NCBI GenBank assembly: GCA_044892505.1
Contig: CM097884.1
Coordinates: 19,282,001 to 19,346,000, forward strand
DNA length: 64,000 nt
Direction of reading: 5' to 3'
Source of the DNA: Schmidtea nova
Taxonomy: Eukaryota
The position numbers were made by a program, and so were the translations under genes. Below are positions 49,656 through 61,180 of this stretch, piece by piece; position 1 is the stretch's first letter, and every line of letters starts with the position of its first letter. A model generated the notes under the pieces. That model saw nothing but the letters and a program-made list of their open reading frames with translations. It had not been told where the DNA came from and ran no database searches.

Positions 49656-50096
49656 TTACTTATTCACGATGACCGCAGAGGTCATGCATTTCAATTGCAA
49701 ATTTTGTCTTTCAAAGCAATTAATTAAGCATATAATTAATTTTTTAAATAATCTAAAGCCAAAACACCAAACACCCTTTATATGATCTCGATATGGACAT
49801 GAAACTTTGTCAGGAAAAGTTTCAACTTCCTTAACATTATACTTAATTAATCTTAGGGAGGTGAAATATCTTTTTAAAACAGCAAGTTTATCTTGATCAG
49901 TGACATAGAAAATTGCACCAACATCTTCAATTTCTTTCAAAATACAAGTTGGACAAAAGTGATCTTCACCTTCATACCATTCTAATCTATCAGGTTCACC
50001 AATTCCAGCTCAAAAAGGAACATCATTATATATCCAATATCTTGGCTGAAAAATATTATTAACATTCATAATACATAATTCTTTAATAATTATCAT
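49656..50096 (-). pseudogene. Polinton accessory ORF (IIKEL...LEWYEG...FYV..DKL...CPYRDH...C) with one in-frame TGA
   Basis: Single frame MIIIKELCIM...VPF*AGIGEPDRLEWYEGEDHFCPTCILKEIEDVGAIFYVTDQDKLAVLKRYF. The motif pattern recalls small nuclease-like proteins of invertebrate Polintons (from memory, unverified). Confidence 0.5.
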
Positions 50097-50395
50097 AATA
50101 TTATAATTATTATAATATTAATTATTATAATATTAATTTTACCTTTGACAACTTTAGCTATGACATCAAGTAAATCATCAATTACATAATTGGGAAACGA
50201 TTGTAAAATACTCATTCTTCTAATGCTTGGAGCCTTGAGTAATGCATTGAAAATTGGAAAACTGCGATGATTTTTAGATTTTTTACTTGCAGTTGCCTTT
50301 GGCATCTTTGGTGTATCGGGTTTTGAATTGTGTGAAATTAGATTCATTTTGGGAAAATTTTCGGTGATTAATTTTTTCGGAGGTGTGAAACTCAT
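50093..50395 (-). CDS. Polinton PW-like small basic protein, 3' end eroded by an AT repeat
   Basis: FPIFNALLKAPSIRRMSILQSFPNYVIDDLLDVIAKVVKGKINI resembles the L..L.kA....R..Il......I..l......vlkG.i pattern. Located directly after the ATPase. Confidence 0.55.
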   Translation of the reverse strand: MSFTPPKKLITENFPKMNLISHNSKPDTPKMPKATASKKSKNHRSFPIFNALLKAPSIRRMSILQSFPNYVIDDLLDVIAKVVKGKINIIIINIIIIIIL

Positions 50396-50481
50396 TTTAG
50401 ATGGAATTAATGTTTCACGATTTTTTTAATAACTTTTCTAAGTTTTGATAGCTTTGGATGTTTGGCTCTTCGAACATGAAT

Positions 50482-51108
50482 TTAACTTTGTTTATAAACC
50501 ATTGATCCTTTGTTAAAAATATCAGTTCTAACACGTAATTCATCACTATATTGTTGAGTAAAATCGAGAAAAATATATCCATGTGGGATTTTAGTTGCAT
50601 CTTGAAATGCATTGATCAAGAAATTCCGATTATTAGGGTAAGCCTGTCTTGCAAGAAAATTAATAACGGTAGCATCTCTAGGATTTTTAAAAATAACTAG
50701 ATATTGAACATTCAAATTTCGAGTTCGATGACTTCCACCCTGATGAAATAAATTCTGAGTAATAAAAATAACTGTAACTTCTTTATGTCTAGCAATTTTT
50801 GTGAATAAATTATTGAAATCCTTCTCTTTATTTGTTTCTTGATACAAATCATCAATAATAATTACATCACCACTTCGTAATCTAGACGACCAGTTTTTAT
50901 CGAATCCCTTTATTATTGTCATTTTAATCTTACAAAATTGATCTTGAGTCATTCCATATTCATCATCAGCTCCCCTATGCCAATAAATTTTGTTAAATTT
51001 TGATTTGAATAATTTTGATTGTAATAATTTACAAACAAATAAAGTTTTTCCACTTCCACTTGGACCGACAATTTGATAAACTGCATCATTTCTTAACTCC
51101 ATTTTCAA
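50482..51108 (-). CDS. Polinton/Maverick A32-like (FtsK-HerA) DNA-packaging ATPase, intact 208 aa
   Basis: Walker A GPSGSGKT, Walker B IIIDD, FTKIARH, VIFITQNLF, R..NLNVQYLVIFKNPRD and DAT..PHGYIFLDF...DELRVRTDIF are diagnostic of Polinton ATPases. Confidence 0.92.
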   Translation of the reverse strand: MKMELRNDAVYQIVGPSGSGKTLFVCKLLQSKLFKSKFNKIYWHRGADDEYGMTQDQFCKIKMTIIKGFDKNWSSRLRSGDVIIIDDLYQETNKEKDFNNLFTKIARHKEVTVIFITQNLFHQGGSHRTRNLNVQYLVIFKNPRDATVINFLARQAYPNNRNFLINAFQDATKIPHGYIFLDFTQQYSDELRVRTDIFNKGSMVYKQS

Positions 51109-51254
51109 AATATTAAGAGTTTATGGATATTGTTTATATTTGTTTTAATTAATTGTTATACTTTTACGAAAATTATTTAAAAAATAATCAGTCTTATAAT
51201 GTTAAGGATTGATTTTTATGTTGAAACTTTTATTAATGCGTTCTTTTGTTTTTA

Positions 51255-51520
51255 GAAAAACTGATGTGCGTTCTGCTTGAAAAAAAGGAGGATTTGTACC
51301 CGAAACTTATGCGCGAATTGGACTCCTTTCTTATAAAATATTGGCATTAACCGGAATTGATCTCAACAAGGTGTTGCTCGACCATCATCATAATATAGAA
51401 GAAGAAGAATGCAGCGCCAGTATTATATGTACCTATAGATGCGAAAGTTGCGTCAATAGGACTCAGAAATACCACAGATGGTTACTCCAAGAGGAGTTAA
51501 GAAACTTTTTAGGACAATAA
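51255..51520 (+). pseudogene. Orphan small ORF with one frameshift, divergent from the ATPase
   Basis: EDLYPKLMRELDSFLIKYW (frameshift) TGIDLNKVLLDHHHNIEEEECSASIICTYRCESCVNRTQKYHRWLLQEELRNFLGQ*. GC is higher than in the flanks. Confidence 0.45.
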
Positions 51521-51971
51521 ATATTTTATAATTAAAATGTCTTTTTATTGTGTGTTTTATAAAGTATTTATTTTCTTAAAACGTACCGAGTTATGAAAAA
51601 TGTTTTGTAGTTAAAATTAATTTTTATAAAATGTTGATGCTGAATATTTATTGAAAATAATAATATAAAATAATTNNNNNNNNNNNNNNNNNNNNNNNNN
51701 NNNNNNNNNNNNNNNNNNNNNNNNNNNNNNNNNNNNNNNNNNNNNNNNNNNNNNNNNNNNNNNNNNNNNNNNNNNNNNNNNNNNNNNNNNNNNNNNNNNN
51801 NNNNNNNNNNNNNNNNNNNNNNNNNNNNNNNNNNNNNNNNNNNNNNNNTTGCGATAGATATGTAAATAACTTACAATATATATAGAAAGAGATTGCAGTA
51901 GATAATCATCAACATGTATACAAAGTCAATTATTAATACATATTCAATCGATTAGCAAGACATGTGCAAGA

Positions 51972-52010
51972 ATCTGATTGGCTGCACACAGACGATGATG
52001 AGTATAAATA
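51972..52010 (+). promoter_or_regulatory. CCAAT box + TATA box upstream of ORF 52039
   Basis: CTGATTGGCTGC at ~51974 and GTATAAATAAG at ~52002, about 35 nt before the ATG. Confidence 0.55.
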
Positions 52011-52038
52011 AGAAAACAAAAATATTATTGTTCATAAA

Positions 52039-52446
52039 ATGCAAAATATTTTCAGCAAATCGAGTCCAATTAAAATGAAACCAGTTTGGAACGATAACAA
52101 ATCAACTCAAAACAAATTTGATTTGCGACCGGTTCAGATGTTTCACGATTACCAAATGTTTTTCTTGGTAAACGAAATCTCTTTCAAGGTCCCAAATCCG
52201 GTAAAGCTGTTGACTTCGCAATATTCCAACTTAATTGGTCAGATTTATAAAGAAGATGTTGTTGCAATCAATAAAGTGTTGACGAAAATCAACAAGAAAT
52301 TATCTTCATCAACAACAGGAACACCGAATTTCATAATGCATTTCAATCAGTTGAATATACGGATAATGAAAATTGGTTTATTGATATATCCATCCAAGGA
52401 TATAAAATCGATCCAAAAGAATCAATGTGTCCAATTTGGAAGATAA
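52039..52446 (+). CDS. Orphan 135-aa Polinton accessory protein
   Basis: Intact ORF with a compact Pol II promoter, next to the Polinton terminus. No family recognised. Confidence 0.6.
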   Translation: MQNIFSKSSPIKMKPVWNDNKSTQNKFDLRPVQMFHDYQMFFLVNEISFKVPNPVKLLTSQYSNLIGQIYKEDVVAINKVLTKINKKLSSSTTGTPNFIMHFNQLNIRIMKIGLLIYPSKDIKSIQKNQCVQFGR

Positions 52447-52484
52447 AAAACGCAAGAATTGCATAGATGTAATAACATTGTTGT

Positions 52485-52543
<59 letters not shown>

Positions 52544-52659
52544 TTATTAATAAATGTTGATAAATTCTCATTTAGTGTTTTTGAAAAAAAGTTTTGTAAA
52601 ATTTTCTGTTTTTTATAAAAGTTTTAAGTTTTTGGAAAATTTTTTGAATTTTTGAAAAA

Positions 52660-52892
52660 CTTTAGAATTTGACCTTAAAAATTGACCTTAGCTTGACCTT
52701 GACCCCATGGTGACCTTGTCTTTAAAGTGTCCTCAAAAAAAATTTTTTGATGACTCATCGTCTGTGTAAAAAAAATTGGGGGGTCGCACAAAGAAAAAAG
52801 TACCCCCGAGGAGTCACTTGATTTTGATTTGATGCACACATGCGATGACGTCATATGTCTTTGTTCTCCCGTCTACACTTCCTCCTACTACT
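52660..52892 (-). repeat. Polinton terminal inverted-repeat region with AGGTCA array, AP-1-like and CRE-like motifs
   Basis: Plus strand shows TGACCT(T) x5 at 52670-52716, TGATGACTCATC at ~52748, GATGACGTCAT at ~52844 and terminal CTACTACT at 52885-52892. Confidence 0.65.
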
Positions 52893-53672
52893 GATTAAAT
52901 TTGGAACGATTTTTTTAGGCAGAAGTTGTTCATCAGCCGTTAGAATTGGATGTGGTTGATATACTTGAATGGAGTTCGCCACGAACTCATTAAAAAGATC
53001 TCTAATTGGTGCAAAGAGATCTTCCGCCACTCTCGCTCTTCTCGTAACTTTCTCATCAAAACGAAGATTGCGCATGATTGAACAGAATTTGTCTCTTGGC
53101 ATTGTATTGCTGAAGAAAGGACAGCCGAATTCTTGTGAGAAGAGTTCGTGTACTTCAGCTCGTCACAAATGAAGTGCTCCCCTCATATATGCCAAACCAA
53201 TGAATGCCTCTATATCATCAAGTGTAACCAGGAAAGCATCATTGACTTCCTTTCCCTTTTCGTTCGTTGACTCCAGTACTATTTTCAGCATCTTGTCCGT
53301 AAATAATAATCGCCATGCAGATAGGGGTGAATCAACCTTCTTTGCAAATGGTTTCACGCCCGGAGTTTTAGAGAACATATTACGATTAGGAACTCTTCCG
53401 ACACTGTTCCCGTTTTGTAATTGTGTTCACACGGTTCCGTCTGGACTCGTATATTGATTGGGAACTTCTTCATCAGTGTTGGAGGATTCAGAGGTACTAC
53501 AATCTTCATCTGACTCCAAATCAGAGGAATCCGTAGAACTAGAAATATTACCAGAGACGGAACTCAATTCACAATCGTTTCCTTCTTGAAAAATGTATTC
53601 CTCTTCCGACTCCTGGGGATCGCAATTACATAAACGACGAATTGTAAGCTGCACAGTTGCTCGATGAGTCAT
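52893..53672 (-). pseudogene. piggyBac transposase, 5' half
   Basis: Acidic N-terminus, SAWRLLFTDKML, FIGLAYMRG, MPRDKF..I..NLRFD and TADEQLLP (first catalytic Asp), then KNRSKFNQ right up to the Polinton end. Confidence 0.92.
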
Positions 53673-54363
53673 AACCAGTCCTCGAAAAGAAAATGTAAGA
53701 AACATAAAATAAGATCAAATACAGAAGGAAGTAAGACGAAATGCAAAGCTTTTATAAAATAGGCATATCAAAATTCCAAGAAACCATAAATAAGTTCTAT
53801 CATTGAAACTATCGGATTGAAAAAAGAGGGAAATTATTCACGTTAAAGTCGAAATGAAATCAATTGCTTATTTTAAAAATATGAAACAAAATAATATTAT
53901 AGAATAATTGACCAACAACGTCGACCGTAATGTAAATAATTTTACACAATGATGACAGTCTCAAAAGTTACAAAAGATTTTTGTTTGTGGTTTGCGACTT
54001 GTGAATAACAATTCGAATCTACTAAAAACGTGACTTTCAAATAAAAAACTATCTTGAAAAAAAATTTCTAAGAAATACCTACTTTTGTATGGTAAGTGCT
54101 TCAGAGTATATCGTTCTTTGAAAAATCGGCAAGCATCAACGAAAATAAACAAAATATCCTCAATACATTCATATTTGGTCACGGCTGACCACTTTCGACG
54201 TTGTAGTGTAAACTTTTTTTTACAATTCAATACAATTAATACTTACAACTGTATATAATAGAAATTTAGGTGGGTAAAATTGGGGTTTTTAGTCACATCA
54301 GCTTAAATAATACAACTTTTAAAATTGAAAATGTCACAAATGACCACTTCCGGCGTTCTAGTG

Positions 54364-54720
54364 TTAATGATTGATGAGAACACTCTGTATGAGGTGTCAA
54401 GAATTGCTATAGGTCTCTATGATGAGACGTCGTGACTCGTATCTCTTTTTCCTGGTTTCAAGAGTAATATGGTTTTGTAAGTCTTCCAGCTTGTAGGGCT
54501 TTTTTGTTTCTTAAAATATTATTGTATATTGCGATAAGCAAAGAGAAATTCGAGTTTATTGTTGTCCAATCTTTGTAGGTGATTTGATCCGATCCAGGTG
54601 TCAATGTCGTAGAAAATTTCTGTTATTTCTTCATACTAGATAATATTATTTAAATTTGTTTTAATAGTAATGTTTTCTCTGATTCTTTGTTCGAGTTCCG
54701 AAAGATCTTTTTTTTGGTTG
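54364..54720 (-). pseudogene. Non-LTR retrotransposon RT fragment (RLE clade: R2/NeSL/Utopia-like), cut by the piggyBac TTAA
   Basis: TPGSDQITYKDWTTINSNFSLLIAIYNNIL (frameshift) PTSWKTYKTILLLKPGKRDTSHDVSS*RPIAILDTSYRVFSSIIN corresponds to RT domains 0-1. Confidence 0.8.
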
Positions 54721-57206
54721 TGAAATTTTTTGTTATATTATTAGTTTCTGGTAGTACGCGTGGTCGTCCAGACTCTCGCATTATTTGTACGGAAAAATTA
54801 TATAAGAGAAGAATATAAAACGCATCTGTTAAAAAAAAATTATTAAATTATTAAATACCTACAGTTATTTTCTTTCAAGGTTCAAATTAATGATACGAAT
54901 GATTTTCCTCCGAGTGTTGTTAAAAATGTAATTGCATGAACTTCTAAAAATGTGAGTTGGAAATATGCTCGTTTTACTAACGATTAATGACCTTTAATGA
55001 TATAAATGACATTAACTTACTGACTTGAGTGCCTCCTTTTATGCTAAATTAGGCGCTCAGGCAGCCAATCAAAATCGATTTAGCCTTTTATTGATTAGAC
55101 CTCAGATTTTCCTATTATTATATATTATTATTTTATTTGTTAATTGATTATCTTCTTCTGATTATTATCTTCTTCTGATTATTATTTCTTATTTCTTTTA
55201 TTAATTTGATTTAATTTTTATTCTTTTAGTCTTATTTCTTGTTCTGCTTAGAATTTTACATTTCCATCTTTGTTTTTGTTTTAATTAATTCTTTTTTGAT
55301 TGTTACTATTTTCTTAATCGTTTATGCTTTTATAATTGTTTTTATTTACTATTCTTGTTTCTCATTTAATTTCCTAATATTATTAATTATTTGCCTAATA
55401 ATTAGTATGTGCTAACCCAACAGATGTTTGTTTTAGCAATTATCAAGTAACGCTAATATAATTTGACATAGAATCAGAATTTGAATGCCAGAAGCCAATA
55501 TACACTTCGTCCGAGTCGCCAGAGGTCTATATAAATATCTTTAATGTACAACTAACACCATTGGAGGCCAAATTGTAAAACATGATTCATTATATGAATG
55601 AAAAATAATATACTTATATTAAAAATATAAATATTAAAAACACAACTTACATTTTTATCACAAATAGCGATCAATATAATATGACTGATCTATAAATTTT
55701 ACAGACCGATCGATATTGGATTAAATAAAATCTGATTCTTCTAAATATGGTATATTTCAGAGGGGAATAAAAAGGACAGATTGGAATAAGGGAGTAGGGA
55801 TGGGAAATTGTTCTTCTATATGGAAAGTCCTTAATGGAAACTTATTTGCGAAATAAATGTTCTTCCATAAACAGGCAAGGATAATGAACTAAAAAATTAT
55901 TTTGAATTGAGTCAAAATTATTCAATTATTAAACAGAACTTTCAATTGACATGATTGTGAATATTAAACAAAGACCCGGCTATGTCCGGTCTGTATTTGT
56001 ATCAGTTATCGCGCACGTGTTTATTGTGGGATTTTTAAAAATTGTGTTTGTTTAAATGTTTAGAAATTTTTAATTATTTTTTAATATTAAACTAAATATT
56101 TTATTTATTAAATTATTTATTTATTTTTAATATGTGACTAATTATTTTATTTTAATTGACTTAATTTCATTTTAATTAATTTTTATTTAATTATTTATCT
56201 TTTAATTATTTTTTAAATTAGACTAAATATTTTATTTATTTATTAATTTTTATTAATCATCAGTAATTCTTTTAAATTTTTACATACAGATTATCAACAA
56301 CTATTTATTGTTGAAATGTAGAATTTAATCGGTATCCGAAACCTGTTTTACTTGAATTATTACTGGGAACCAAATTTCCAAAAGATCTGGTATGTCAAAA
56401 AGCATTGATCAATTTTTAATAAATTGTAATTTATATCCCTTTGCCATATAGATATTGCGAGAGAAAAACAACAAAATATAAAATAAGATTAAAAAACTTC
56501 ATTAGAAATATATTTTATCAAAAATAAAATAAGTTTAAATAATCATCACATGTTAAAAACAAAGAATTTCTACATCCGTTGTTATTAAAATCTTTATACA
56601 CAAAAGCGAATAATATTGCGATAAACGCTTACTGCCGATTAGAGCCTGGTAGAGAATGAAGATTTACTTTTATTTTCTCTAGTAAATTCTTCCAAGCATA
56701 ATTTCATATCATCTTGGAGCTAAAAAGAATTAAATAAGAATAATTTTTTAAAATTTATATTATTGTCGAGAGGTTTATGTATTAATAGTTAAATAATAAT
56801 AATACATATTTGTGAAGCTCCTTTTCCAATTAAATTCTAAAAATAATTCTAAAAATGGTAGGAGGCACATATTTGTATGTTAGACAAAAGACAAAGATTC
56901 AGTTTCTAAAGTTTGAATGAAATTTAAGTGGTCGCAATATCTAGGCAGTGTCCAAACATTATTATGTTAAAAATCCACAAGCAGGCTACATATACTTGTC
57001 ATCCGAATTATCATTAATTTATTAATGAAAATGGATTTGAATTAAATTGTTTGGGTTGCTAGTTATTTAGATAAAAATAAACACTCTGATTATATTGTTA
57101 TCATGGATCGTAAAAAGCCTGGTTATTTTTCAATAAAAATATTTTGCTAACAACTTTTTCTGAGAATTTACAGGGTTACTAATCATTATAAAGAAATCAT
57201 ACATAC

Positions 57207-58077
57207 ATGACTGAAGAATTTAACGCAGAATCAATCCAACAAACAAGATCAAGCCGAAAATTAAGGACCAGTATTATTAAAGCCACCGTTGAACTTTATA
57301 ACGTTCATAAAATAGCAAGGATGCTAAAAATATCTATAATATCTGTATACAAGTGGTTAGGTGTACTAAACGACATTTCTAACGGACAAAAAAGTTTGGA
57401 TAGTTATTTTAAAGGACCAGGCCCGAAACACAAGGGAATAACTGATAAAAACTTGAAGGTTGTGCAATGTTTTTACAAAATGACTGCGTTTACTCAGAGT
57501 GATGTCGTTGAGACTCTTCGAAATATTAATGTCGATGTTTCACAATCATCAGTATCATTCAACTGTAAAAAATGGAACTTACAAGAAAACGATTGGGACG
57601 ACTGAGAGATAAATACATATCGCTAGCAGATTTAGGAATAAGAAAACATTTTACTTATATATGTCAGAAATTGCCAAATATTATATTTAGATGAAACGGG
57701 ATTTAACCTGTTTATTTCAAGAAAATATGGATATTAGTAAACAACGTCTCGGCAAATCTTATAATGCCAGCAAATCAAGGAAGGAACGTTGGTTTGCTAA
57801 CTTTGATATCAAACGAAAAAATGTCCAAGCTAAAATTATTGAAGGGGCTTATAATTCTGATTCCTTTATAATATTTTTAGAAGAATGTTGTAATATTAAT
57901 GTTTTTAGAACTTTGAAATATGTAATAATTTACAATGTTCGTTTACATAAATTTTCAGCAGTTCTCGAATGGTTAAATAGAAAAAATATTTTCTATGAAT
58001 ATTTACCCCTAAATACTCGACAACTCAATCCGATGAAGTTTTTTCTGCACATAATAGTCGTCCAAGTTATGGAATAA
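57207..58077 (+). pseudogene. Tc1/IS630-like (DD34E) transposase pseudogene
   Basis: HTH with SVYKW. YLDETGFNL at ~57685, IIYNVRLHK (degenerate DN..FH) and YLPLNTRQLNPMK (degenerate LPPYSPQLNPIE). Confidence 0.85.
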
Positions 58078-59552
58078 ATGGATATATCAACAGAGTTGTG
58101 GATGAGATGAATTCTAAATATGATTTTGTTTTCGAAAACTTTTATAAAAATATGAGAAAATACATTGAATAAAGTATAAATGGTGTTCATTTTTTATGCT
58201 TCTAAATATAAGGTGTCCAACTGTACTCATTTACTGAGTTTTGTACTCTTTTTTCACAAACCGTATAGTAAATAATAAATAAGTTCTTGATAATAATAAA
58301 TAAATGCTTTATATTAAATAATAAATTCTTAAAATATTAATTAATAACCCTGAAATAAAAAAATGAAGTGCAATAATATGCCCAGAAATATTTCTTTGAT
58401 CCAAATAGTTAACAAGCGATAAAAAGTTTTATTTAGAAATTTTGAAAATGCTTTTGGTGCAATAAGTAATTAATTAAAGGTTGGGTATTTTTCGCACATA
58501 AATTTTATTTTATTTACATAACATTACTTCATCACACACAAATTTTATTTTTTCTACTTAAAATTGTAAAATCCCTTTATATTGGCACAATTTTACTAAA
58601 AGCCACACAAATTNNNNNNNNNNNNNNNNNNNNNNNNNNNNNNNNNNNNNNNNNNNNNNNNNNNNNNNNNNNNNNNNNNNNNNNNNNNNNNNNNNNNNNN
58701 NNNNNNNNNNNNNNNNNNNNNNNNNNNNNNNNNNNNNNNNNNNNNNNNNNNNNNNNNNNNNNNNNNNNNNNNNNNNNNNNNNNNNNNNNNNNNNNNNNNN
58801 NNNNNNNNNNNNNNNNNNNNNNNNNNNNNNNNNNNNNNNNNNNNNNNNNNNNNNNNNNNNNNNNNNNNNNNNNNNNNNNNNNNNNNNNNNNNNNNNNNNN
58901 NNNNNNNNNNNNNNNNNNNNNNNNNNNNNNNNNNNNNNNNNNNNNNNNNNNNNNNNNNNNNNNNNNNNNNNNNNNNNNNNNNNNNNNNNNNNNNNNNNNN
59001 NNNNNNNNNNNNNNNNNNNNNNNNNNNNNNNNNNNNNNNNNNNNNNNNNNNNNNNNNNNNNNNNNNNNNNNNNNNNNNNNNNNNNNNNNNNNNNNNNNNN
59101 NNNNNNNNNNNNNNNNNNNNNNNNNNNNNNNNNNNNNNNNNNNNNNNNNNNNNNNNNNNNNNNNNNNNNNNNNNNNNNNNNNNNNNNNNNNNNNNNNNNN
59201 NNNNNNNNNNNNNNNNNNNNNNNNNNNNNNNNNNNNNNNNNNNNNNNNNNNNNNNNNNNNNNNNNNNNNNNNNNNNNNNNNNNNNNNNNNNNNNNNNNNN
59301 NNNNNNNNNNNNNNNNNNNNNNNNNNNNNNNNNNNNNNNNNNNNNNNNNNNNNNNNNNNNNNNNNNNNNNNNNNNNNNNNNNNNNNNNNNNNNNNNNNNN
59401 NNNNNNNNNNNNNNNNNNNNNNNNNNNNNNNNNNNNNNNNNNNNNNNNNNNNNNNNNNNNNNNNNNNNNNNNNNNNNNNNNNNNNNNNNNNNNNNNNNNN
59501 NNNNNNNNNNNNNNNNNNNNNNNNNNNNNNNNNNNGGGATGATTAATATTAA

Positions 59553-59798
59553 CCCCTTTATGCATGAGTGTTCATATATGAACATAATTAATTAAGACTC
59601 GAAAATATTTTTTTTTCATAAAAAATATTATTTTGTTTCTGGTAACATTCTTAAATTGCAACCCTATTTATTCTAATTTAGTACCAAAAACTGTCAAGTG
59701 GCGCTAATGACCCTACTTTTTTAAATGTAACGGTTACTATTCGGCCATTTTGTGTTGTTATTTTTTAAATATAAATAAAAAATTCATGCAGAAAGGGG
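59553..59798. mobile_element. piggyBac-type MITE
   Basis: TTAA TSDs. TIR CCCCTTT(A/C)TGCATGA (14/15). Confidence 0.9.
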
Positions 59799-60839
59799 TT
59801 AATAGCTTTCTAAATTTGTGTGCCCTGTAATAAAATAGTGTGTCAATAAAAAGGCATTTTCGAAATTTAAGTGTCAAAAATAAAATTTGTGTGTGATGAA
59901 GTAATTTTATGTAAATAAAATTTATGTGCGAATATATTTTTATCCATTAATTAAATGGGAAAAATTAGTCTTTATTAATTCATTTATAAGTCGATTTTAA
60001 TGTTTTAAGATACAAACATATACATTTTATGTATTTAATATTTCTAAAATTTTGGTTGTAGGCAGTATCACATGTCCAAAATACCTAATTACTAATACTG
60101 CATTCACTAATGCGCAACTTCAGATTGTAAGATAATTGAAAAACTAAACTGAAATTCTGCAAATTTCTAATTTTCTTATTGTTAACTTATTTCCAACATA
60201 ATATTGTAGAGTTTCAGCGGCTTATTGAAAATATATTTTCAAGAATTTTAATAAAAATTAAGTCGGAAATTTTCAATTTTTTTCACAAGGTAATTTTTTG
60301 TTTTCAATATTCAAGTATAATAAAACTTTCGATATTCAAAATACTCGATTAACCCCAAAATAAATAGGTAAATAAAAAATAAAATAAAAACTAATAAATA
60401 ATTTAAATTTGATCATTTGAGATTGAATATACTAAGGAATAAAATCCCCATGAATTTTGTAATTAATTCAATTTTGTTTGTGTGACCTTCCAGCGTTTGA
60501 AATTTGTATTTGGGTTTTAGTAAATAATAAATTTTTGGTTAAATAAAAATAATTTTCTTTTTCAATGCTTGAAAAAGGATGCAACGAATACTTTAAATAT
60601 ATTTATCTCAAGCATTATTTAAAGTAAATAAACATTAAATTTGGTTTTAGAAAGTAAAAAAGATTTTCATCTGTTCATTGGCCATTTGAAATTAGCTATT
60701 AACCCTTTCCACTCACAATCATTTAGCCGTGATTGTTCGTTCCAGTCATACTTAATTTTGAGAATTTTGTGGAATTTCAAGAATCTTTGTTGGAATTTGT
60801 AATTATTTGTAATTAACCACAAATCAGAAAGAAGTGATC

Positions 60840-61180
60840 TTGGTGTCGTTTCCGACTAAGTTGGGGTCAAGGAATGCGAAAAAATAGTGCTATCATCGCG
60901 AACTTGACCTTTGACCATAAAATGACCATGCAAATAAAGGTCAAGTCATTAGCACAATTTTTTGGGTCTCCTGTAGTACCTCTTGCATGGTTTTTGCAAA
61001 TTTTTGTCATAGGTGTTTTTATAATGGAAGAAATCAATGTCAAGCAACCGGAATGGTACGTAGTGGGTTAAAATGGTGAAGGGTCGATATCTCCGGAAGT
61101 AAATGTGATAGAAAGCTGATTTTAGTGTCTAAGATATGGTTTTCAGGGTCAAGGAATTCAATGAAAGTACTTTCCACATT
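60840..61180. repeat. Unclassified repeat fragment with TGACCT/AGGTCA and GGGTCAAGGAAT motifs
   Basis: CTTGACCTTTGACC, AAGGTCAAGTC, two GGGTCAAGGAAT copies and CCGGAA motifs. Confidence 0.4.

Larger units (their letters stand above)
47590..52892. mobile_element. Truncated Polinton/Maverick (one terminus retained)
   Basis: A32-like ATPase and a PW-like ORF. The right terminus reads AGTAGTAGGAGGAAGTGTAGACGGGAG on the - strand and abuts the piggyBac ORF. No pPolB, integrase, capsid or protease seen. Confidence 0.8.
45846..54363 (-). mobile_element. piggyBac transposon, split by a nested Polinton remnant and a Penelope-type fragment
   Basis: TTAA at 45842-45 and 54364-67. ~25-bp TIR CACT(G/A)GAAC(A/G)CCGGAAGT(C/G)GTCATT. 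Transposase halves are collinear on the - strand. Confidence 0.8.

Noticed and set aside
58558-59585. Long ORFs in the ORF track (also 12650, 25329, 27128, 35234, 36357)
   Set aside because: Artefacts of N gaps translated as X.
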